A DNA stretch of 64,000 bases, from positions 13,512-77,511 of the forward strand of contig CAIWMX010000011.1 of NCBI GenBank assembly GCA_903913885.1. The letters are read 5' to 3'. This DNA comes from an uncultured Bacteroidales bacterium (GTDB taxonomy: Bacteria; Bacteroidota; Bacteroidia; Bacteroidales; FEN-979). Below are positions 9,194-18,318 of this stretch, in pieces (position 1 is the first letter of the stretch; each line of letters begins with the position of its first letter). Both the position numbers and the translations under genes were made by a program. The notes below the pieces were generated by a model, which was not told the origin of the DNA, searched no databases, and saw nothing but the letters and a program-made list of their open reading frames with translations.

Positions 9194-10207
9194 TTACTTT
9201 ATCGAATGGAAGATTTCATGAAGCTCGCCAAGCTTTTTGGTGATGGTTTTATCGTCGGCTTTCTTAATAACCAGTTGATTTAAAACTCCTGCCTCTTTGA
9301 CCAGGCTGGCGATCGAATTTTTTATTTCAGCCGTATTGAATGAGGCCGGGATCTTTCCGCTTTGCAGATCTTTAGCCCTGGCCAACAACTCGCCCGACCG
9401 TTCGCGGATGGGATTCAGGTCGCCATCCTGCGAGGGATGGAAGGTCTGCGACATCACTTCGTGAAATTCATTCAGCCCCGTCCACGTATCCTTTTCAATA
9501 TCTTTCAGCAGGGGGTTTGCGAGGGCATCGGTGTAGTTCTTATTTACCGCGGCCCAGTTGATCGTGTTGACAATGGCCGAAAGGTAATCTCCCCGTTTGT
9601 TCTGATACTTCAGGTAATAGGCATGTTCCCAAACATCGATGGCCAGGATTGGAATCCCGCGTTCGGGAGAGACATCCATGATAGGATTGTCCTGGTTGGG
9701 AGAGGAACACACGGCAAGTTTCTTATCCGTGGTGACATAAAGCCAGGCCCAACCTGAACCAAAACGGGTGGCGCCTGCTTTGGTCAGCAGCTTCTTTAGA
9801 CTGTCGGCCGAGCCGAATGTGGCAATAACCGCTTTCCCCACGTCGCTCAGGGCATCAAACGGGTTGTTTAACGAAAGGGTATTCCAGTAGAGCGAATGGT
9901 TGTAATGCCCTCCGGCGCTGTTGCGCACGGCATCGCCGGTTTCACCGGCGTAAAGCAGGAGTTCTTCCAGCGTGTATTTCTCATATTCGGTTCCTTTCAC
10001 CGCGAGGTTGAGGTTTTTTACATACGTGGCATGGTGCTTCGAATAATGGATCTCCATGGTCTGTGCATCGATGACAGGCTCAAGGGCAGTGTACGCGTAA
10101 GGCAGCCTGGACAGTTCAAAAGGATAGTTTTGCGCCGGCAGGAGTGTGGAAAACCCCGTAAGGAGTAAGGTTATGGTAAAAAGGGCGATATACCTGAGAT
10201 TTTTCAT
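9194..10207 (-). CDS. Fe/Mn superoxide dismutase, exported, with an extra C-terminal helical domain of about 110 aa
   Basis: 337 aa. Signal peptide, then LPYAYxALEPxID..HxxKHHxxYV and DVWEHAYYLKYQNxR, followed by about 110 further residues not found in ordinary SODs of about 200 aa. Confidence 0.9.
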   Translation of the reverse strand: MKNLRYIALFTITLLLTGFSTLLPAQNYPFELSRLPYAYTALEPVIDAQTMEIHYSKHHATYVKNLNLAVKGTEYEKYTLEELLLYAGETGDAVRNSAGGHYNHSLYWNTLSLNNPFDALSDVGKAVIATFGSADSLKKLLTKAGATRFGSGWAWLYVTTDKKLAVCSSPNQDNPIMDVSPERGIPILAIDVWEHAYYLKYQNKRGDYLSAIVNTINWAAVNKNYTDALANPLLKDIEKDTWTGLNEFHEVMSQTFHPSQDGDLNPIRERSGELLARAKDLQSGKIPASFNTAEIKNSIASLVKEAGVLNQLVIKKADDKTITKKLGELHEIFHSIK

Positions 10208-10303
10208 GGGTTCGGTTTTTATGTTTTATTTGTTACAAATTTACTAATATTTTTACAGACAGTAAATTACAATGTAACCGGTGCAGGGCTCCGGCTCCCG
10301 TCC

Positions 10304-12727
10304 TCATCCCTGATGCGGTTCGCCGTCGCGCTTTTCATCATCGTCGTCAAAGATCAGTTTCCTGTATTTTGTGTAGAGGAAGGAGCTGATCAGCAGCAGC
10401 ACCCCCAGGGAGACGAACACGATGGTTTTTGAAATGGTGTTGAGATCGGAGATATCATAAAAGATGAGTTTGACAAGCGTTGCCCCGAACAGCACAATGG
10501 CGGCGATCCGCAGGTGGACCTTTTTCCTGCTGATGCCCAGTACGACAAGGAGCAGGGCATAAAGCCCGAAAAGGATGCTTAACCCTAGTTTGTAGGATTG
10601 TCCCGGCTGATAGAGGTCCATCCAGTTGATGAGTTCATTGCCGGCAACCGTCAGCAGGGTCAGGTGAAGGAGCAGGTCAAACTCCCTCCTGAAATCTATC
10701 CTGATGAGGCCGCTACGGATATACCTGGAAATGGAAAACACGATCAGGCCGGCAAACACGAATGAAATGTACCGGATCCCGATGTTGAAGCCGCCCCGGT
10801 AATACATTCCTGAAAGCGCCTGCCCCAGGTAGCTTTCGCGCAGTTCCCCTATGGTGTATAATCCCAGGGTGAGGAATATGCCCAGGCAAACCGTATTCAG
10901 AACAAGGTTGATGTTGCCAGGCAGGCTGCTCTTCAGCCACCGGATATTCATCATGGAAAGAAGGAAGAAAAAGAGCAGTGAATAGCAGATGCCCGAAATC
11001 CTGCCGTATTTCAGAAGATCTTCATTCCAGTATGTTTCGGGAATGGTCCCGCCCTGATTCACAATGACCCTGGAATCCTGGTAAAGTTGCTCCCAGAAGG
11101 TTGATATTTCCATCATGAATGCAAAGTAGAGCGCTATGACCAGGATAGCCGGCATTACGAAGTTCATCACGTTCAGCAACGCTTTTTCCTGAAGAAGCGG
11201 TGAAATGAATTTTTTTTGATTGTTGACAAAGTTGATAAATCCAAAGGAGGAGGCGAAAAACAGGGAGGTCAGCAGGTTGATGTTGAAAACCGGGAAGATC
11301 CTTGTGGCCGGATCCTGCGTGAGATAACCGTTATAAACTGTAGTCCAGTCGTCAACAAGGCTGATAAACACGAACAGCATCAGCGGATATGAAAGCAGTT
11401 CATAAACCATGGCATTTTTGGTACGCCCGATCCAGAACAGGGCGGCAACTTCTCCCGACCAGAGCAGCGTCACCCAGCGGCCATCCCACTGCACCGGTAT
11501 GGCAATGGAGAAAAACACGAGGGCCAGCCCGGCAGTATAGTACAGCAGGTTGCGGTCGCTGTGGTTTTTCCACCGGATCAGGAGGGCTGCCGCGAAATGG
11601 ATCGCAGCATTGATCAGGGTGAACAGGCCCAGAAACGCCGATCCCTGTTTATCTCCCTCCAGGATGCTGTATCCAAGGGCATAAAAAATGGCGGAATTTA
11701 TCAGGAGCAGCAATACATCCCCGGCTTCCGACTTTTCATCTTTCAGCAACTTGTAGGCAAGAAAGATCAGGTAAAAGGTGGTGAAGAAAACCGTGGTGAA
11801 GAGGAGCGCCAGTCCGAAATGTTCCGTTGACAGGTACTTTGTCTCGTACCAGGAGTAAAAAATGAGCCACGTAAGTATGAAGGAAGAATAGTAGAGCGGT
11901 TTCCAGTATTTCCGGAACGACAGGACAAGAATGCCGGTGTTGATCACCGCCATGTAGGTGAAGAAGGCGGCTACCCTGCCCGAACCATCATCCAGCAGAA
12001 ACGGGACCGCATAAGCCCCGACCAACCCGATATGGGCAATCACCTGCTTGTCGTAGCTCAGGGCTGCCGCTACGGTGAAAACGGTAAACATTACCATCAG
12101 GGCGAACGTCAGCATGGCAGGTATCAGGCTGTAAAAGTCGAAGGCGGCAAAAGTGATAAAATACATGATGGACATGGAGCCGCTCAGCAGCACCGCGCTG
12201 AAATTGGCATACTCCTTTTTCAGCCGGAAAGCCAGTCCGAACAGCACCAGTCCGAACAGATACCCCAGGATGATCCTGGTCCACGGGCTGATCAGTTCAT
12301 GATCGATGGCATACTTCACCCCGATGCCCACGCCGATCACGGTAATGGCGATCCCGATCTTGTTGATCAGGTTTTCGCCGATGAATTTTTCAAGGTTCGA
12401 TTTCAGAGGAACCCGGTTTCCGGCAGCGGGGGCTCCAGGAACCGACCGGGGCTGTTCATCTGCCGGAGCCTCCCATGATTTCGTGACCGGGGTTTGAAAG
12501 CCAGAAGCGGATTTCCCGGCAGGGATTACCTCAACCACCGGCGGGATAATGATAATTTTTGCATCTGGAACTGATGCAGGAACTTCTTCTGTAAAACCGG
12601 GCGAGGAATAGAGATTGCTTATTTCTGCCCGCAACGAACCGATTTCCTGTTGAATCGATTCCTGCTTTTTTGCCAGTGACTCCAGCCGCTGGAGGATATG
12701 GTCAAGTTGTTCGGGGGTTTCAGGCAT
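10304..12727 (-). CDS. large polytopic membrane protein, DUF2339-like
   Basis: 807 aa. N-terminal coiled-coil (LDHILQRLESLAKKQESIQQEIGSLRAEI), a Pro-rich linker, then more than 20 hydrophobic segments. The architecture is as I recall for DUF2339. Confidence 0.6.
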   Translation of the reverse strand: MPETPEQLDHILQRLESLAKKQESIQQEIGSLRAEISNLYSSPGFTEEVPASVPDAKIIIIPPVVEVIPAGKSASGFQTPVTKSWEAPADEQPRSVPGAPAAGNRVPLKSNLEKFIGENLINKIGIAITVIGVGIGVKYAIDHELISPWTRIILGYLFGLVLFGLAFRLKKEYANFSAVLLSGSMSIMYFITFAAFDFYSLIPAMLTFALMVMFTVFTVAAALSYDKQVIAHIGLVGAYAVPFLLDDGSGRVAAFFTYMAVINTGILVLSFRKYWKPLYYSSFILTWLIFYSWYETKYLSTEHFGLALLFTTVFFTTFYLIFLAYKLLKDEKSEAGDVLLLLINSAIFYALGYSILEGDKQGSAFLGLFTLINAAIHFAAALLIRWKNHSDRNLLYYTAGLALVFFSIAIPVQWDGRWVTLLWSGEVAALFWIGRTKNAMVYELLSYPLMLFVFISLVDDWTTVYNGYLTQDPATRIFPVFNINLLTSLFFASSFGFINFVNNQKKFISPLLQEKALLNVMNFVMPAILVIALYFAFMMEISTFWEQLYQDSRVIVNQGGTIPETYWNEDLLKYGRISGICYSLLFFFLLSMMNIRWLKSSLPGNINLVLNTVCLGIFLTLGLYTIGELRESYLGQALSGMYYRGGFNIGIRYISFVFAGLIVFSISRYIRSGLIRIDFRREFDLLLHLTLLTVAGNELINWMDLYQPGQSYKLGLSILFGLYALLLVVLGISRKKVHLRIAAIVLFGATLVKLIFYDISDLNTISKTIVFVSLGVLLLISSFLYTKYRKLIFDDDDEKRDGEPHQG

Positions 12728-12740
12728 CGTTTAGGGTTTT

Positions 12741-12776
12741 ACGAAGGACGAAGGACGCGAGACGTGGGACGAGGGG
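12741..12776. repeat. heptamer tandem repeat GACGWRG x5
   Basis: acgaag gacgaag gacgcga gacgtgg gacgagg, located 14 nt upstream of the minus-strand start at 12727. Confidence 0.85.
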
Positions 12777-12865
12777 CATAGGGAGTGTTAAGGGGTTTTG
12801 GAGAGGTCGAAATTACTACAAAGATAGGCGGATGTCAAGCCAAAAGATTTATGGCGGGTCCTGAA

Positions 12866-14944
12866 TCAGGGAGCCAGGGTAACACTTCCGTAAACGACCA
12901 TCGATTTGCCGGGGTTTATGGTAAGGTTGCCAGAACCCTGGATGGTGAGGTTATGGCAGAAGGTGGCATTCACGGTAGTTATGACCGGGTGATTCGGCCC
13001 CGGGGAAATGGTCAGGTCATACAGGGTTGTCGGAACCACTGCCGGGCTCCAGTTGCCGGGATTGTTCCAGTTTGAATCGGCGCCGCCGGTCCAGGAGGCG
13101 TTTGAGAACAGGGTGGGTTCGGCAGTCCATATTTCCATGGCCGGATCGCCAAAAAGGTTGCAGTCGTAATGGCACCAACGCTGTGCGCCGGGTTCGAACT
13201 CCCCCGGAAGGCCGACCCAGGATGCTGTTTTGATCTTCGAGATCATATGGGCCGTACCGATGTGTTTCTCGGGCAGGGTGTCGTTATAAACGGCGCTTAC
13301 GAATTCCCGTTCCAGGTGTTCGGAGGGGCCTTCGGTGGTACCCTCGTCAAACCAGCCGTACCGCGAATTGGCAATACAAGCCGCAAGAAAATTATCGATC
13401 GAAACGGCTTTTGCGGCAATGCACCCTCCGCTTTCATCAAACGCGCCGCAATCGCAACCCTGGGTGTACAAAAGTTCGTAGTTATGGGTGATGCCATTGA
13501 CCGCGGCGAAGTTCGCGTTGGTGATCTGCGACATCGAAAGCCGCATCATGTAGGTGGAATTGGAATGTCCCAGGTGGTGAATGAATGACTTCCCCTGGTT
13601 AAAACAGGCCAGCAGGGCTGATGTACTCCACGACCACACGTTCAAAGGCGGGGAGACCAGGGTGTCGTAAAGTTTTTCAATGGTATTCCCTGTCGATGGA
13701 ATCCCGTGCGTAAAATACCCGTTATCACTGTGGTTGTTGTTAAGCAGGCTCAGGTAGCTGCCGCCGAAGGTCAGCGGCGCCGACCATAAATACTCCCCTG
13801 CCAGCAAAGGCTTGTTCATTTCGCCCAGCACCGGGTTGGTTTGGTAGGAAACAGTTTTGTGGATCAACCGGTGGAGCTGGGCTGTATCATTCACGGTAAA
13901 CCGGCCCACTGCGACATCGGGCAGTAAATCGGGGTTGTCAGCCTCTTCAGCGTAGACATGATTCCCGTTCAGGTCGTAGTTGCCGTCAAGGCCCGAAAAG
14001 TAAAGATCGGCAGGGATATTGGAATCTTCATAGAGGGAACCGCCCGAATGTACATGGCAGTAGAACCCCCGTGCCGGAACCAGGGGCGGATTCCCCGCCA
14101 GGAGTACATATTCGATGCCGGATTGCTGGTACTGGCTTATGATGAAATTCCGGATCTTTTCGTTGAGGTCCCAGCCAGTTGTGGTTGCCGAGATGCTGTC
14201 GACCGTAACGACCCTGGAGGAGATGCCCTTCGCCGCGTACATTCCTGTAAGCGGCTGGAACTCGTTCTTAAAGCTGGCCGGGCATACAATAAGGTACTTG
14301 TAGCTGGTCTGCGGCGATTTCCTCTGAGGATACAACGCGGCCATCTCCGGGTTCATGGCAAAGGACCTCACCCTGTCGGGGGCCCTTCCCGTGATGGGTA
14401 ACCGGGCCAGGGCATCCTGTGATTGTTGATCAGGCTGTGTCTGAATCCTGACGGTCACCTTCCTGAACCATGAAACCTGACGCATGCCCGGGTTATATTT
14501 TACCGGGGTAAAAGAGGAAATGGCAAATGCATAACCATTCATATACTGTGTTACAAGCGGGCCATGCGGGGGCGTGGAATAGATCCCATGCTGCTGATAA
14601 ACCTGTTTGTTCTGCAGAAATTCCCCGGGTTTGCCGTCCGAGATCGGGCGTACGCGTTGTTTGGGCCTGATAAGCAATTGTACGGGAATAACCGCTTCAT
14701 CCCCGTAAACGATCTGAACCGAGGTGGCTGCCTCCCCGGGAGGAAGCATCAGTACCACATTCTGCCAGGGCAGCAATGGCTCCCCGGGGACTCCGGCAAG
14801 GAGCGTGTTCCCGAAACTCAAGGTTTGCCAGTCTCCATCCGATTCGACCTTGTAGGTGTTGAAGCAGAATGTTTTTTCAACCGTCCCAGCCGACAAAAAA
14901 AGCGCAGGGAATAGCGCCAGTATGATGAAGATTTGCTTCTTCAT
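12866..14944 (-). CDS. peptidase C25 (gingipain-like cysteine peptidase) family protein
   Basis: The start is moved to MKKQIFIILALFPALFLSAG (ATG at 14944-14942), which is a signal peptide. The C25-like core includes YVLLAGNPPLVP, DLYFSGLDGNYD, HHLGHSN and QGCDCGAF. No T9SS CTD is visible at the C terminus. Confidence 0.72.
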   Translation of the reverse strand: MKKQIFIILALFPALFLSAGTVEKTFCFNTYKVESDGDWQTLSFGNTLLAGVPGEPLLPWQNVVLMLPPGEAATSVQIVYGDEAVIPVQLLIRPKQRVRPISDGKPGEFLQNKQVYQQHGIYSTPPHGPLVTQYMNGYAFAISSFTPVKYNPGMRQVSWFRKVTVRIQTQPDQQSQDALARLPITGRAPDRVRSFAMNPEMAALYPQRKSPQTSYKYLIVCPASFKNEFQPLTGMYAAKGISSRVVTVDSISATTTGWDLNEKIRNFIISQYQQSGIEYVLLAGNPPLVPARGFYCHVHSGGSLYEDSNIPADLYFSGLDGNYDLNGNHVYAEEADNPDLLPDVAVGRFTVNDTAQLHRLIHKTVSYQTNPVLGEMNKPLLAGEYLWSAPLTFGGSYLSLLNNNHSDNGYFTHGIPSTGNTIEKLYDTLVSPPLNVWSWSTSALLACFNQGKSFIHHLGHSNSTYMMRLSMSQITNANFAAVNGITHNYELLYTQGCDCGAFDESGGCIAAKAVSIDNFLAACIANSRYGWFDEGTTEGPSEHLEREFVSAVYNDTLPEKHIGTAHMISKIKTASWVGLPGEFEPGAQRWCHYDCNLFGDPAMEIWTAEPTLFSNASWTGGADSNWNNPGNWSPAVVPTTLYDLTISPGPNHPVITTVNATFCHNLTIQGSGNLTINPGKSMVVYGSVTLAP

Positions 14945-14951
14945 TTTCAGG

Positions 14952-15887
14952 TTAAACTTGCTGACTGTTAAGCATTTCAACAGTCTCCTTAACCCCGTCG
15001 GCGGGCGCTGTCGGCTTAATTCCGAACCGTTTTTCAAATTTGGCGCTGTCAAAAACATAGTCGCGGTCATACTGGTACAGCATCTCGGGGAATTCACGCA
15101 TCACCGGGATAAACAGTCCGAGGATGCTGATCATAAACCCGGGCAGGACCATGTATTTGGCACTTTTGCCCATCTCCTTCGCGAAGAGGGCAATCCAGTC
15201 TGCCGCCGACAGGTTTCCTCCGCCGGTAGGAAGATTCCAGACCTGGTTGTATGCGTCGGGCGTATTTCCCAGCAGGGCGGTGGCTTTCCCGGCATCGGGG
15301 GTGTAGGTGAACGAATGTTTCACCTTCGCGTTGCATATCCAGTTGGCTTTCTTGTTTTTAAGCAGGTTCTTATAGACCATTTCGATAAGCATGCTCTGCG
15401 TTTTTACCGGACCGTAAAAATCGGCCGAGCGGGCAATGAGGGCGGTGAGGGTTCCCTTTTCAACATGGTCGAGGATGAGCCTGTCGAGCTGCGCCCTCAC
15501 CTCCCCTTTTTTACTTACCGGGCTGATGGGTGAATCTTCGGTGATGTGTTTGACGTGGTCCCCACCGATCATATAGACATTGTCGAAAAACACGAGTTTG
15601 CTCTTGTTTTCGATACACGCGTCGATGACGTTTTGCATGAGCGGGGGCCAAACGGCCTGCCATACTTTGGCCTTGTACTCGAGCCCGATGGTAAGATAAA
15701 CGACCTCCGAGCCTTTCACTGCAGCGAAGATCTCATCCCGGCTGGTGAGGTTGGCCGGATGGAGTGTGTCTGTGTCGTTGACTTTTTTCGGGTTCCGACT
15801 TACCAGCCGGATCTCTTTTGTATAATTTACCAGCGCTTTGGCTAGTTCAATGCCGATTGCTCCGCCGGAGCCCAGGATAGTTTGCAT
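14952..15887 (-). CDS. NAD(P)-binding SDR/epimerase-family protein
   Basis: 311 aa with an N-terminal GSGGAIG Rossmann motif and atypical-SDR length. Confidence 0.78.
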   Translation of the reverse strand: MQTILGSGGAIGIELAKALVNYTKEIRLVSRNPKKVNDTDTLHPANLTSRDEIFAAVKGSEVVYLTIGLEYKAKVWQAVWPPLMQNVIDACIENKSKLVFFDNVYMIGGDHVKHITEDSPISPVSKKGEVRAQLDRLILDHVEKGTLTALIARSADFYGPVKTQSMLIEMVYKNLLKNKKANWICNAKVKHSFTYTPDAGKATALLGNTPDAYNQVWNLPTGGGNLSAADWIALFAKEMGKSAKYMVLPGFMISILGLFIPVMREFPEMLYQYDRDYVFDSAKFEKRFGIKPTAPADGVKETVEMLNSQQV

Positions 15888-15909
15888 GTTACCTTTTTAT
15901 TTTAAGTTT

Positions 15910-15940
15910 GACGTGGGACGTGGGACGAAGGACGTGGGAG
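15910..15940. repeat. heptamer tandem repeat GACGWRG x4
   Basis: gacgtgg gacgtgg gacgaag gacgtgg gag, located 23 nt upstream of the minus-strand start at 15887. Same family as at 12741. A third short copy in reverse orientation lies at 41522-41541. Confidence 0.85.
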
Positions 15941-15945
15941 CATGG

Positions 15946-16479
15946 TTAGGTGGTGAGGAGGGTTAAAATGGTTTTCCAGTTTCGTGTTGTGGTTGATACC
16001 TTTAATTTGCTTTCGAAGAACTGCGGGGTGAGTTTGGTGCGGCCGTATCCATCGGGGCAATAAAGATAGATTTCTTTTCCGTTTATGGCAAATTCGTCGG
16101 GCGGAAAATTATATTCCATTATTTTTTCGGTGCGTCCAGGGTCAGGCAGTTCTGACAGAAAGGTAACATGCATTTTACCGGCGTCAAGGTTTCCATCCCG
16201 GAGGAATGGATTGCTTTTACTGATCACATCCAGTTCCTGCAGGGTACGGATCACCACCGGCACTTCAAATCCGAAGCGTTCCCTGATTTTTCCTGCAATA
16301 CCGGCAGCCAGCGCGGCAGGATCGTCGCTGTTGCTGCCGAAAACAATATTCCCGCTCTGGATATAGGTCCGGATGCCGGTAAAATCAAGTTCGCCCAGCA
16401 CCCCCTTCAGCTCATCCATTTTGATCATGTTATGTCCGCTTACATTGATGCCGCGGAGCAGGGCGATATAGGTTACCAT
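15946..16479 (-). CDS. DUF1697 domain protein
   Basis: 177 aa. The YIALLRGINVSGHNMIKMDELK..YIQSGNIVF opening is characteristic of DUF1697. Confidence 0.8.
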   Translation of the reverse strand: MVTYIALLRGINVSGHNMIKMDELKGVLGELDFTGIRTYIQSGNIVFGSNSDDPAALAAGIAGKIRERFGFEVPVVIRTLQELDVISKSNPFLRDGNLDAGKMHVTFLSELPDPGRTEKIMEYNFPPDEFAINGKEIYLYCPDGYGRTKLTPQFFESKLKVSTTTRNWKTILTLLTT

Positions 16480-16503
16480 GGTTGTTGGGGTTAGGGGTGG
16501 AAT

Positions 16504-16550
16504 ATTTACGATTTACGATTTACGATTTACGATTTACGATTTACGATTTA
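16504..16550. repeat. heptamer tandem repeat ATTTACG x6.5
   Basis: Six exact copies of atttacg, then attta. Located 25 nt upstream of the minus-strand start at 16479. Confidence 0.92.
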
Positions 16551-16581
16551 TGCCGGAAGTCTTCAAAATTCACACTTCAAA

Positions 16582-16642
16582 ATTCGTTAATCAATATTCA
16601 TTATTCGATATTCATCATTCGTTAATCAATATTCATTATTCG
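16582..16642. repeat. 26-bp direct repeat ATTCGTTAATCAATATTCATTATTCG x2
   Basis: Copies at 16582-16607 and 16617-16642. The second overlaps the stop codon of the 16636..18057 gene. A nearby CTTCAAAATTC x2 is also present. Confidence 0.85.
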
Positions 16643-18057
16643 GCAATATTGTGTATCATCCCCCGGAAAATAAGCCCGTGAAAGGGCAGGAAGAAATACC
16701 AGTAAAGTCTGCCCCAAATGCCATAAGGCCTGAAAGTGGCGGTTTGATGCAGGATGTTGGCCTTGTCGATGCTGAACTCGAGCCATCCCTCTCCCGGCAT
16801 TTTCATTTCTGCATAGAGCAGGAACCGCTTTTCTTCCTTGTCGGCCAGGATGACGCGCCAGAAGTCGAGTGCATCGCCGGCCGTGATCTCTCCGGGGCTG
16901 GTTCTGCCCCGGCGGATGCCCACCCCGCCCACGATCCTGTCGATGAAGCCCCGGATGTTCCAGAGCAGGTCGGCAAAATACCAGCCGTTTTCACCGCCGA
17001 TGGACCAGATTTTCTCCAAAGCTCTTGCGGTATCGGCCACCTTCCGGGTTTTGATATCCTTGTAGCATCCGTAAACCGGCACTTCGATGAATTGCGACAA
17101 CCCTTTCGAGAGCGGCTGGCTGGTAAGGGCATCTTTCCAACTTGAGAGTACCTGGTGCTGTTCAATTTTATCGAACGCAAGCTCGATGGATTTGTCGTAG
17201 GTGATGGGGACGATGCCCAGCATCTGTTCGAGTTCATTGTCGTGGCACACCACCTCCACCTTCATGCTGTTTACCAGGTGGCAGGCCAGGGAATAGGAGA
17301 TCGAGGTAACGAAGAAGAGCCAGTAGGAAGAAAGCCTTGGCGTCATGATCGGAAGGATGCCGATCCACCTGGGCAATCCCCTGATTTTGGCAAAACGCAA
17401 CAACATCTCCTTGTAGGTAAGGATTTCAGGCCCGCCAATGTCAAAACTCCGGTTGAAGGTTTCGGGCTTCAGCATGACGCCCGACAGAAACTGTATCACA
17501 TTGCGGATGGCGATGGGCTGGCACCGGGTATTGAGCCAGCGGGGGGCGATCATCACCGGCATTTTCTCGACCAGGTCGCGGATAATTTCGAAGGAGGCGC
17601 TGCCTGATCCCACGATGATCCCTGCCCTGAGCGTTGTCAATGCGTAAGTTGAGGAGGAGAGAATCTCCTCTACATTTTTCCTGGAGGAGAGGTGTTTTGA
17701 GAGTTCTTTTTCGTTGACGATCCCGCTCAGGTAAACAACCTGCCTGACCCTGGTCTGCTGCATCCGTTTTTTAAAATTGAAGGCGGAAGCCGCCTCCAGT
17801 TCTTCAAACTTTCCCCGTTTCGTCGACATGGAATGGATCAGGTAGAAGGCCACGTCGATGTCGGCCGGGATGCGTTCTATTTCGTCCGTTCTCAGGAAAT
17901 CGACTTCGACCACGCTCAGGTTTTCGTTCTTGAAGCGGGTTGCATCAAACCTGTTCGTATCCCTGACGCAGCAAACCACTTCGTGCCCGTTTTCGAGTAA
18001 TACCGGGAGGAGTCGCTTGGCGATGTACCCGGTGGCGCCGGTCAGCAGGATTTTCAT
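16636..18057 (-). CDS. NAD(P)H-binding SDR domain fused to a DUF2867-like C-terminal domain
   Basis: 473 aa. The N terminus MKILLTGATGYIAKRL is a Rossmann motif. I recognise the C-terminal approximately 150 aa (WxFxxxxxxLxQxAxFxPxGxxGxLYWY) as DUF2867-like. Confidence 0.72.
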   Translation of the reverse strand: MKILLTGATGYIAKRLLPVLLENGHEVVCCVRDTNRFDATRFKNENLSVVEVDFLRTDEIERIPADIDVAFYLIHSMSTKRGKFEELEAASAFNFKKRMQQTRVRQVVYLSGIVNEKELSKHLSSRKNVEEILSSSTYALTTLRAGIIVGSGSASFEIIRDLVEKMPVMIAPRWLNTRCQPIAIRNVIQFLSGVMLKPETFNRSFDIGGPEILTYKEMLLRFAKIRGLPRWIGILPIMTPRLSSYWLFFVTSISYSLACHLVNSMKVEVVCHDNELEQMLGIVPITYDKSIELAFDKIEQHQVLSSWKDALTSQPLSKGLSQFIEVPVYGCYKDIKTRKVADTARALEKIWSIGGENGWYFADLLWNIRGFIDRIVGGVGIRRGRTSPGEITAGDALDFWRVILADKEEKRFLLYAEMKMPGEGWLEFSIDKANILHQTATFRPYGIWGRLYWYFFLPFHGLIFRGMIHNIAE

Positions 18058-18102
18058 GGGGGTCGGTTTGGTTTAACTATACGCAAAGGTAATGAATAAT
18101 TT

Positions 18103-18251
18103 CCACCCTGACGGGGTCCTCCACCCTGACGGGGTCCCCCACCCTGACGGGGTCCCCCACCCTGACGGGGTCCCCCACCCTGACGGGGTCCCCCACCCTG
18201 ACAGGGTCCCCCACCCTGACGGGGTCTGCCACCCTGACAGGGTCTGCCACC
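18103..18251. repeat. 18-nt tandem repeat CCACCCTGACGGGGTCCC, about 8.3 copies (intergenic)
   Basis: Eight consecutive 18-nt units with a few substitutions (T/C, A/G, CC/TG), between the start at 18057 and the GNAT stop at 18319. Confidence 0.95.
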
Positions 18252-18318
18252 GATTCCCAATCGAGACAATATTCTTCTCCGACTGGGTAAGATTATTGTA
18301 CTGGTATCTGCCGGAAGA

